A stretch of 64,000 nucleotides of DNA. It comes from Vicinamibacterales bacterium. GTDB lineage: Bacteria; Acidobacteriota; Vicinamibacteria; Vicinamibacterales; UBA8438. Every line of letters starts with the position of its first letter. The stretch's first letter is position 1. The position numbers and the translations under genes were made by a program. Below the pieces are notes generated by a model. That model ran no database searches and was not told where the DNA came from. It saw nothing but the letters and a program-made list of their open reading frames with translations. This document shows, piece by piece, positions 29,416-37,729 of this stretch. The stretch covers positions 5,478,164 through 5,542,163 of the forward strand of contig OZ241978.1 of assembly GCA_965204175.1 (NCBI GenBank), in the 5' to 3' direction.

Positions 29416-30138
29416 ATGTCCGGACCGGCGCGGGCAACGACCCGGCTCGCGGCGGCCCGATCAGAGCGCGTCGGGTCCGGGTCGGTCGCCACCGCTTGGG
29501 TACTGAGCCGCGCAGACGAGGTAAAAGGTAATGACTACAGCAGACGCGGAGTGGCAGGCACGACATGCGCTCTTCAACAACTGCTTCAACCGGACCGGCC
29601 AAGCCTGCCGGTAGGCGCCCGGCCGGCGCAGGAATGAGCGACGGACAAGATCGTGCGCCTGACGGTGGAGGATCAGTCAAGCGCGCGGCGGCCGTGAGGC
29701 GCAAGTCTCGCGGCGGTATGTCCGGGACGGCGGCAACGACGGTCTGGGGCTACCCGACGGAGTTCGCGATCGTCGGCGAAAGCCGGGGGCGATGCTCCCA
29801 TGCCGTCCAGGTCGCGAGCCGACGCCGCCAGTTGCAGCACAGCGCCCGGCACGCTGCGCCTTACCCCGTCCGTCATTCGGTGTTCCCGGTCCAGCTCGAC
29901 AAGACGCTGGCGTGACACCCCGGCCGCACTCGCTGGAGATCGCGGTCCGCTCAAGTGGATCGCTCCGTCCGCGAGGCTCTCTTCCGCGTGTTTCTCTCAA
30001 CTGGGGCCATCGAACGGCCTGAACTGGGGTCATGGCATCGAAAGGCACGATGGCCATGCTTTTCGGCCGATCAGGGCCATTGCATTGCACCGTGACAGCG
30101 TGATCGCCGAAACGGCCTTCCCGCAGGGAAAAATACTG

Positions 30139-30170
30139 GGTGAGCGACCCCGGAACCGGGGTCGCTCACC
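30139..30170. repeat. perfect 32-nt palindrome / hairpin
   Basis: GGTGAGCGACCCCGG-AA-CCGGGGTCGCTCACC. There is no U-tract, so it is not a canonical intrinsic terminator. Confidence 0.8.
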
Positions 30171-30669
30171 CCTCTGATCTCCGATCTCCGGGCGCCGGCG
30201 AAACAGTGCCATGAAGCGTCCTTCTTGCAGACAACATGACAACGTTTTTGCGTGCGTTTCTCGGACTCTCGGGAGCTGCTGATCGGATTGGTCCCCGGAG
30301 CGTTGTCCGTCTGTAGGAACCTGCTTGCAACCTGCTTCGTTTCAGGTGTTTAGCGCGTCTGCGGTGGCTGCGCTCGGCCCTTGGTCCTCTAGGCTCACGG
30401 GTGGATGTCCGTGGTTCTCCGAGGGGCTTTCGGCGCCGAACCGAGGCCGTGGTTCACCGTGCACTACTCGTGCGTCCTGCGCGGGCCGGATTCGGCGCTT
30501 GCACTGCGGATACCGGGCCCACCAACGAACGCGATCTTGACCCCAGTTCGGTTTTCGGGGTCTTCGGCGGGGCTCGGATTTTTCGCGATCAGTGCACTGT
30601 TTTCGGCGCACCGTGCACTGTTTTTGCGCGTTCGGGCCGGTCCTGGCCGTGGTCCGGCTGGAGGTTCTC

Positions 30670-31152
30670 ATGCAGATGAAGCGCGTGGTCGTGTTCCTGC
30701 CGTCGGCGGCCGTCAAGGCCTGCGACTCTTTGGCTGACCGCTATGGTTCCAATCGTTCCGAGGTCGTGCGCCTGGCGGTTGCCGAGGGCATGCCGGCCGC
30801 CGTGGAGGCGCTGGAACGGCTCCGGGACATGCGGCTGGTGAAGGCGGCCGGCGCCGGCGCTTCGCGGCTGTGGCGCGTCCGGGGGACGCGGAAGCGTCCG
30901 GGGCGGGGCCGTCCGCGCAAGGCGCTGGATCCGGACCGGGCGGTTTCCGTGTTGCTGGACTACGGGCGCGCTGCGCGTGCGGCGCAGCCGGAGATGCCCG
31001 AGGGGGACCTCGATGCGGCTCTTCGCCTGCACGCCCAGGTGCTCGGCGTGGCGCCCGATGACATCGACGACGTCGTGGCCCACGCGCTCGCCCGGGTGTT
31101 CGGCAAGCCGCAGGTCGAAGCGGTTGCGGACCCGTCGCAGCCGCCGGAGTAG
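30670..31152 (+). CDS. ribbon-helix-helix (CopG/Arc-like) DNA-binding protein
   Basis: MQMKRVVVFLPSAAVKACDSLADRYGSNRSEVVRLAVAEG fits the beta-alpha-alpha RHH pattern. GTGCACT boxes lie upstream. Confidence 0.55.
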   Translation: MQMKRVVVFLPSAAVKACDSLADRYGSNRSEVVRLAVAEGMPAAVEALERLRDMRLVKAAGAGASRLWRVRGTRKRPGRGRPRKALDPDRAVSVLLDYGRAARAAQPEMPEGDLDAALRLHAQVLGVAPDDIDDVVAHALARVFGKPQVEAVADPSQPPE

Positions 31153-31231
31153 AGGCTGGCGTATCCGTGCGCGGGGAGGACCCTGTCCATCTGGGGGGTG
31201 CTCCCGGCGCATGCGGAGAGGAGGTGGTTCG

Positions 31232-31546
31232 ATGCCGTTGACTCCCGTCTGGGAACCGGACGCCGAAGCGTTGGATCGGACACTCAAGCTGCGGGTCTCG
31301 ACGCGTCAGCTCGAGCAGCTCGACCTGGCGGTGGCCGAGTTCAACATGGCCCGCTCGTGGATTCTTCGCGAGTGCGTTGCGCTCGGCTTCCCGCTGTTCG
31401 TCGAGCAGGTGCGTCAGCGGCGCCGCGCGGGGCTGGTTCCGCGCGGGGAGTACCAGAATCCGGATGCGGCCGGTCCGCGGCGTGGCCCTCGCTCGGATGG
31501 CCGGCGTGCCGATCGGTGGGTCAGTGCTCCGGTTCGACGCGGTTGA
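31232..31546 (+). CDS. second ribbon-helix-helix-like protein
   Basis: GGAGAGGAGG lies upstream of ATG 31232. LKLRVSTRQLEQLDLAVAEFNMARSWILRECVALG fits the RHH pattern. Confidence 0.5.
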   Translation: MPLTPVWEPDAEALDRTLKLRVSTRQLEQLDLAVAEFNMARSWILRECVALGFPLFVEQVRQRRRAGLVPRGEYQNPDAAGPRRGPRSDGRRADRWVSAPVRRG

Positions 31547-32110
31547 GGAAGGCGGTGGGAGGTTGTCGGATCCGGCCGGATCGGGTTGCCGGTACCGAGA
31601 GGCGTACTTCTCTGTGCCGCCAAGCTATTAGACGCAGTAGAGGCGCGTCTGGTTCCCGGCCGGCGGAACGTTTTTCGCCTGTTCCGGATTCCCTTCCGGG
31701 GCAGCCGGCAGCCGTGAGTGCTGGCTCGTGGAAACGACACGGTCTCCGGTGCGTTGCCCTCCCGTCAGGGTTGCATGCCTGGGCGGCCGTCGCTCGCTGC
31801 GTGGCGGCGCGTCTTCCTGGCCGCTTCACTCGGTGCGTACCTGGTCGGTTCCCGGGGCCGTTGCACTCGGCGGGTACTCGCAGGTTCACGGGCGCGCCAC
31901 ACTCGGCGCCTGTCCGGAGATGGCCGTCTCGGTGGGATGCCGGGCGGTCTCTGATCGGCGTGCTGCTCGGTGCGGTCGCCCGAGTAGCGGGCTGCCTGGT
32001 GGCCCGGGGCTGTTGCTCTCGGTGCGTGCGGACGGGGCGTCGGCCCGGATTTCGATGGATGCGCGCTGCCGTGTGCGCGGCTCGCCGGCGTTGACGGCAC
32101 GCCGCTAGGT

Positions 32111-34565
32111 CTGCCCGTGCCCCGGATCTCGTGGGCTGGACTTTGTAATGCTGTGAGGTCATCCGAATTCGTCCCGCAGTTCGAAGGCGAAGGCCATGGC
32201 AACCAATTGCGTGTAGCCGTGCCACAGCAACTGGGCGCCGGGCGGGTCGCGTTGGCGTCCGAGCCACCCGCCGAGGCGCCCGACCAGACCGACAGCGTCG
32301 CCGAGGCGCGTCGGCGGCGGCAGCTTGCGTGAGCGGGCGAAGGTGGCGAGCACGCGCAACTCGCCATCGGAGAACAGCAGGTCGCCGGGCAGGTCGGGCA
32401 CTTCGCGCCCGAGTTGGACCATCAACTGGATGCGCCACCCGATGACCATCTTGATGGCCATGGCACGTTCGAGCCGCTCAGCCGAGTGGTGTTGCAACTC
32501 CTCGACCTTGCAGCCGGACTTGAGCACCCGGAAGTATTCTTCGATGCGCCAGCGCCGGGCGTACCATTGCAGGATGCGCGTGGCGTCGTCGGCGCTGGTC
32601 ACCCGCAACGTGGTCAGCAGGAACCACTCCAGCGGTGCGGCCGCAGGCGGCGGCTGTTCCTCGCGCACGTGGACGACCCACAGTTCGACCGGCGCGGCGC
32701 CGGGGCAGGGCAGGGCCACCTGCTGGTAGCGCAGCGTCACGTCGGCGACACGCGCCTCGCGGCGGTCCTTGCGGGCCTGTTTGCTGGCCTTCACGCGCGC
32801 GCTCAGCCGCTGCACCTCGACCTTTGCGACGCCTCGGGCCGGCGCGTTGCGCACCGTCTCGAACAGACGTCGTGAGACCGTCTGCCCGTCGGACGTCTTC
32901 TCCTTGCCCAAGACGCGGTCGGCCTTCGCGCGGACCAGCAAATCGACCTGCGGGGCGTTGTCGCGGTGTTCAAGGAACAGGTCGAGGAAGTCGGCCTCGC
33001 GGTCCATCACGCACACCACGCGGGTTTCGGACAATTGCTCGGCCGCCTGCGTGCAGTCGCGCAACCCCTCGACCCAACGGAACGACTTGCGCTCCTCGCG
33101 CGGCTTCGCGCTCGGCTTGCCTTCCGCCTCGGGGTTCGGGGGCGCGGGCGCGTCGAAGGCGGCCCGCAGCACGCCCAACGCCACCCCGTCGGGATTGACG
33201 GCCAAGGTCGTGTGCAACTCCAGGCCGCGCGCCACCGCCCCGGTCTGGTTCGAGCCGATGGCCCCCAGTCCCTGCGTCTGGCCGCGCCGGGTGAAGTTCA
33301 GCCGGGTGCCATCCTGGATGCACAGCACCGTGTCGTGCACCTGCATCCGGCGCAGCGTCCGCTCGCGATGCGGCGCGAGGATGTTGCCGACCGTCACCGC
33401 GCTGTCGGCGGGCTGGTCGATCAGCCGGTAGTGGCCTTTGACCAGGGCGCGCGCGCCGTGGGCGGCGCCGGTGATGGCGCGCATCGGAGACTCTGCCATG
33501 TGCTGCGCGCTCTGCACCAGCCGCGCGCTCAGCCGCGCGTCGCCCAGCCGCGCCCCGCCGAACTCGTGACCCGCCCAGACCGCGGCGTCGAGACCGTCGC
33601 CAGCCGCCAGCGGCGCGATGCCCGGTGCGGGCGCCGCGAGGCGCGCCCGCCACCCAGGCTCCAAGGCGTACATATACACTGCCTTGCGCGTTTCGGCCGC
33701 CGCGTGCGTGCGGTCCCCGCGCCCACGCCCGCAGGTCTCACCCACCCGAACCCAGTTGGCCGCGCGCACGCTCGCCCCGGTCTGTTCGGTTTCGTCGACG
33801 AACGTCTCCAGCAGCCAGGGGCGATAGCCGTGCAGACGCTCGCAGTCGTCGCCGACCGCGCGGGCGGCCCGGCCCAACAGGTGAGAGGCCAGGTTGCGGC
33901 ACCCGATGCCGGGGCGCACCAGCAACCGGCACAGTCCCAGCACCCGGTGCAGGTGGGTGCGCCGGCCCACATCGTCCCAGCCGATCCAGGCGTCGCGGGC
34001 CTGCAAGCGCAGCGCACACGACGCGAACCCGACCCCGCCCAGCCAGCCATGCGCCGAGTCCACCAGATACCGCAGTTGCGGGCCCACAAACGGACCGGCG
34101 CCGCGTGGATGCTCGTGCGCCATCAGCGTGTTCCAGACCCGGCGCTGTGCGTCGGTCTCCACCAGCACCAGCCTCAGGTCCCACAGCGCGCCGACCGTGT
34201 CGGGCACGTCCACGGCCGGCGCCACCGGGTGCGCCAGCACGCGCGGCGCACGGCGCGCACCGCCCCCAGAGCGCCGACATCGAGGCAGCAAGACATGGCC
34301 GGCCGCCTCCAGGTCGGTCAACGCCGCGCAGCAACTCGCGCGCTGCAACCGGCCGCGCCCATCACGGAAATCGAACGCTTCACAGACGTGGTCGGCGACC
34401 TGCCCGAGACTGTCAACGCCTTGCGAGACCGCCCCGTTCAGCACGTCGCGCAGTCGGGCGAGGTCGCCCCGCAGGCTGCGCCCGACCTGATTCTGCACCT
34501 CCACGCTGGCTACAGTAGCGAAGTGGCTTCATGAAGTCCAGCGAAAAGTTGTGGGGCACGGGCAG
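32111..34565 (-). mobile_element. IS4-family (Tn5/IS50-like) insertion sequence, 2455 bp, with an 8-bp target duplication
   Basis: Terminal IRs CTGCCCGTGCCCC (32111-32123) and GGGGCACGGGCAG (34553-34565). Direct repeat CGCTAGGT at 32103-32110 and 34566-34573. Confidence 0.85.
32159..34504 (-). CDS. IS4-family DDE transposase with an N-terminal DUF4338-like domain
   Basis: 781 aa. DDE region (LCIQDGT, VCVMDREAD, YARRWRIEEYFRVLKSGCK). The N-terminal ~290 aa (..HPRGAGPFVGPQLRYLV..LGGVGFASCALRLQARDAWIGW..WLLETFVD) resemble DUF4338. Confidence 0.85.
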   Translation of the reverse strand: MEVQNQVGRSLRGDLARLRDVLNGAVSQGVDSLGQVADHVCEAFDFRDGRGRLQRASCCAALTDLEAAGHVLLPRCRRSGGGARRAPRVLAHPVAPAVDVPDTVGALWDLRLVLVETDAQRRVWNTLMAHEHPRGAGPFVGPQLRYLVDSAHGWLGGVGFASCALRLQARDAWIGWDDVGRRTHLHRVLGLCRLLVRPGIGCRNLASHLLGRAARAVGDDCERLHGYRPWLLETFVDETEQTGASVRAANWVRVGETCGRGRGDRTHAAAETRKAVYMYALEPGWRARLAAPAPGIAPLAAGDGLDAAVWAGHEFGGARLGDARLSARLVQSAQHMAESPMRAITGAAHGARALVKGHYRLIDQPADSAVTVGNILAPHRERTLRRMQVHDTVLCIQDGTRLNFTRRGQTQGLGAIGSNQTGAVARGLELHTTLAVNPDGVALGVLRAAFDAPAPPNPEAEGKPSAKPREERKSFRWVEGLRDCTQAAEQLSETRVVCVMDREADFLDLFLEHRDNAPQVDLLVRAKADRVLGKEKTSDGQTVSRRLFETVRNAPARGVAKVEVQRLSARVKASKQARKDRREARVADVTLRYQQVALPCPGAAPVELWVVHVREEQPPPAAAPLEWFLLTTLRVTSADDATRILQWYARRWRIEEYFRVLKSGCKVEELQHHSAERLERAMAIKMVIGWRIQLMVQLGREVPDLPGDLLFSDGELRVLATFARSRKLPPPTRLGDAVGLVGRLGGWLGRQRDPPGAQLLWHGYTQLVAMAFAFELRDEFG

Positions 34566-35181
34566 CGCTAGGTGCGCCCCTTGAGGCGGTATCCGGTTGC
34601 GTGCCGCCTCGCTCCCGAGAGGCGTTCAGTTCAGTGCGGGCGACCTCGGACGGCTGTGTGCGGAGGATGTCGTCCTGCTCGGTGCAGCCGCCGCGCTGAC
34701 CGGCGCGGTGCTCGATGCCGCTCCTCAAGGACGTTGGCGTCGACGATGGCCTCGGCGGTCACCAGGTCGTGATGCGGCAGGATCGCGATCCCTTCGATGC
34801 GGCTGGTGGCCGTCCGGATCATGCCGGGCAGCCTCCGGCTGTGTGGCCAGCGGTTGCTGTGGGCCTTGCGTTCTGCTCGGTGCAAGGTCACTGAGGGACC
34901 GGCCGCGCGCTGCGTGTCGACGCGGTCACGGTCGATACGGGCACGCATGTGCGCGAGGCGATCGACGAGGCCGTCGTCGATGACCATGCCGAGTGCCTCC
35001 GGTTTCCTGCTGTGGTCGTTCCGCGACGGCTCGCGCTGCTGCCTTGCCGACATCTCGACTGGCTCGGCCACGCTGCAGCGGTCACCCTTCGCAGCCCGCG
35101 GCGCCTGCGGCGGTCACCCGAAGACGCGCCGTTGCGCCCGGCCGGCGCGTTGGTCAGCCGGACGTGTCCGGCGGATTGCAG

Positions 35182-35207
35182 AATTACTGACCCGCGGGTC
35201 AGTAATT
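35182..35207. repeat. perfect 26-bp palindrome AATTACTGACCCGCGGGTCAGTAATT (SOS-box-like CTG-N10-CAG)
   Basis: Read directly from the sequence. Related copies at 35579-35600, 35649-35670, 36908-36931 and 36981-37002. Confidence 0.9.
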
Positions 35208-35467
35208 GTTGGGGACCGATGCGTTCAGCCCCGTCCGGGAGCACCCGGCGTGAGGGCCGAGCGGCTGGCGCCGGGCCGGGGCGCGCCTCCGTCTGCCGGT
35301 GGGACACGCCACGGCCCGGGCGGCGCTGCCCGGGACCCCAGGCACGTTGGACGTTACCTCCCCGGGGCCGGCCCGACACGAACGCGGGATTGCGCGCAGC
35401 AGTCAGGGCCGTGGGCCTCGTCTGTCACGCCGAATCCCGGCACGCCGATGCCGGCGTACGGCCGGTG

Positions 35468-35815
35468 GTACGCCAGGACGGGAATCATCTGGAGTTCGAG
35501 CGGGAGGGCACGCCCGGTTCCGGTCGTTCCCTCGGTCGGTCCGGCGCGTTGTGTCACTGGATGGTCTTCGCTTGCGAATTACTGACCCGCGGGTCAGCAA
35601 GTGCCGGCTGGCTGTCGTTGGCGAGGGTTCCTCGCGACCGCTTGTGACTTACCGACCCGCGGGTCAGTAAGTGCTGGACCGGTCCGAGCAGCCCCGTCCG
35701 GGACGACCGGCGGCCGGCCGCAGTCTCGTTCCGGGCGTGACTCTTCGCAGTCATACGCCACGGCTTGGGCGTCACCGTCCGGACCCGAAGGGCACCTCTA
35801 CTGGTCGAGGCCGAT
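35468..35815. repeat. about 350-bp direct repeat, copy 1 (contains two palindrome copies)
   Basis: Aligns along its whole length with 36797-37145 (roughly 85-90% identical by eye). A partial third copy lies near 35175-35260. Confidence 0.85.
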
Positions 35816-35910
35816 CGGCTGGGAGCAGGCGACCCGGCTTCGACGGCGGTCAGCTCGCCGACGACGACACACGCGGCGACGCCAGACCGCGCGGTGTGAA
35901 CGCGCGCGCA

Positions 35911-36620
35911 ATGGCCGACGAACTCGACGAGCGCACCAGGGGATGGCGCGAGTCACTGTCTGACGAGCAGCGCGACGTGATCAACGCTTACTCCCGCGGG
36001 CTCTACCAGTCGTTGAACCGCGTGCTGCGCGACGACCCCGTCGACCTGGACTACGATGTGTCGTTCCTCAGAAACGTTCCGGGCGTTGGCACCGAGACGG
36101 TCCTGATGCCGGCGCGCAGGGCTCGTGACCTGCTGAGCTCGGCCATCGAGAGCCCGCCTCCCCCGCCGCCGGTGGTCTACCGCCCGATCGGAACCGGAAC
36201 GCCCTGGGACAGGGAGGGCCTGAGGGTCGGCCACGTCGTTCAGTTCGACGGGTTCAATTCGTCGTCGATTTCGACGCACGGCTACGAGCTCCAAGGCGGG
36301 ACGGTCATGGAGATCGTCCCCCGGCAGGAAGCGTGGTTGGGTCGTATTATGGACGTCACCGCGCCGAGCTGGAGCTCCTTATGCGGGACGGCGCAAAGAT
36401 GAAGTACGAGGGGAGCATCGAAGTGGACTTCAACGGCAGCCGGCGCACGATCACCAAGTGGCGGGAAATGGATCCCGACACCCGGCCACGCCGATCGACG
36501 GCGATGACGGCGACGACACTGGCGCGGCGAACAGTTCGGCGGCGGCTCGCGCCGAGGTTGAGGGCCGGGACTTTGGAGACCCTGACAAGTTCACTACGTC
36601 AGGCCACGCCGCGCGGCTGA
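35911..36620 (+). pseudogene. ADP-ribosyltransferase (exoenzyme/Alt-like ART) with a frameshift near 36325-36345
   Basis: INAYSRGLYQSLNRVLR, VVYRPIG (Arg) and FDGFNSSSIS (STS) are in one frame. The ExE motif AELELLMRDGAKMKY is in the next frame. Confidence 0.6.
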
Positions 36621-36662
36621 TCGGGAAGGTGGACCCGGGCACCGTCTGAAGCGGGCGGCGCG

Positions 36663-36796
36663 ATGGACGTCCAGATCACCTACGACGACCAGATTGTCCA
36701 GGAGCGGTTGGCACAATTGCGGGAGCGCGGGTCGGACCTGTCCCCGGCAATGCGCGAGATCGCCGGGCATCTGCTCGACGGCGTTGCCGAGTCGTT
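36663..36796 (+). pseudogene. N-terminal remnant of a phage virion morphogenesis (Mu G-like) protein
   Basis: MDVQITYDDQIVQERLAQLRERGSDLSPAMREIAGHLLDGVAES resembles the start of Mu gpG-family proteins. Similarity stops where repeat copy 2 begins (36797). Confidence 0.5.
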
Positions 36797-37145
36797 GTAC
36801 GCCAGGACGGGAATCCGGCGTTCGAGTGGGAGGATGCGCCCGGTTCCGGCCGCTCGCTCGGTCGGTCCGGCGCGTTGTGTCACTGGATGGCCTTCCCCCC
36901 TTGCGAATTACCGACCCGCGTGGGTCAGCAAGTGCTGGCCTGACTGTCGTTGGCGAGTGTTCCTTGCGGCCCCTTGTGAATTACCGACCCGCGGGTCAGT
37001 AAGTGCTGGACCGGTCCGATCAGCCCCGTCCGGCCACCGGCGACCGGCCGCGGTCTCGTTGCGGGCGTGACTCTTCGCAGTCGAACGCCACGGCTTGGGG
37101 GTCGCCGCCCGGACCCGCCGGGAGCCTCTACTGGTTGAGGTCGAA
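36797..37145. repeat. about 350-bp direct repeat, copy 2
   Basis: See copy 1. It interrupts the Mu G-like ORF on the left and abuts a Lon protease-domain fragment on the right. Confidence 0.85.
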
Positions 37146-37235
37146 CCGTTCGGCGTAGGCGTCGGCGCGCGCCCACGACAGCGGTGTGCGCGCCGACTCC
37201 TGCATGACCCTGGTCCTGTCTGCCGGTCCGGGTCA
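37128..37235 (-). pseudogene. fragment of a second Lon protease domain
   Basis: LTRTGRQ / VMQESARTPLSWARADAYAERFDLNQ-stop parallels LTLTGRQGEVMQESARTALAWLRANAARYGLDP of the intact gene. One frameshift and a premature stop. Confidence 0.45.
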
Positions 37236-37624
37236 GCGCCGCGGGCCAAGGGCCGGCGACCGGCGTGGGCGGCGGTTCGGTGCGCGCCGAGCATGTTCGG
37301 CGACGGTCCGTCCGCGGAGCTGCGGCTCATCGCGGTGTCGGCGCCGGAGCCGCCGAGCCGGTCGCCGGCATCGCGGTGGTGTGCGCGGGCGGCGACCCGC
37401 GTGGCAGCGCGACAGCACGTGAGCAGCGGCCGATAACAGATAACGGGTGGACTCGCGGCAACCGGTCGGTCTGGATCGACGTGCTGGCGAACGATAGTGT
37501 TCGCGACACGGTGTCGGTCGTTGCCGGGGGGCACGCCGGGTGTCGGCCTCCAGCACCTTGGGCGGTTCGGCGTTGGTTCGCCTGGCGGGCGCCGGGCCGC
37601 CACTGGCGGTTCGGTACTTCGGCG

Positions 37625-37729
37625 CTACCAGCGCAGGCAGGGACCGCCGAGTGCGGCCAGGTCGTCGAGCAGGGGGACGTCCTGGCCGACGTGGGCGCCG
37701 ATGGCGTGGGCCGGTGTCGCTACGCTCAC
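37625..37729 (-). other. 34-codon micro-ORF ending in the shared tail ..VPLLDDLAALGGPCLRW (either a genuine peptide or the remnant of a third paralogue)
   Basis: GTG 37729-37727 overlaps the Lon TGA (GTGA). The last 17 codons and about 25 nt of 3' flank match the 3' ends of the genes at 43411 and 42147. Confidence 0.3.

Noticed and set aside
31547-32110. The long ORFs 31198-32094(+) and 31521-32438(-) between the second RHH gene and the IS4 element.
   Set aside because: Extreme R/A/G/P composition, mutual overlap, no motifs and no RBS.
34631-35071. A minus-strand 146-aa ORF (..GMVIDDGLVDRLAHMRARIDRDR..IEGIAILPHHDLVTAEAIVDANVL) to the right of the IS4 element.
   Set aside because: Parts look protein-like, but I could not assign any family. 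It is flanked by repeats and may be a fragment. I left it unannotated rather than guess.
35182-37002. The repeated palindromes as a CRISPR array.
   Set aside because: There are only five copies, the spacing is irregular (about 50 bp to 1.2 kb), the repeats sit inside larger 350-bp duplicated units, and there are no cas genes.
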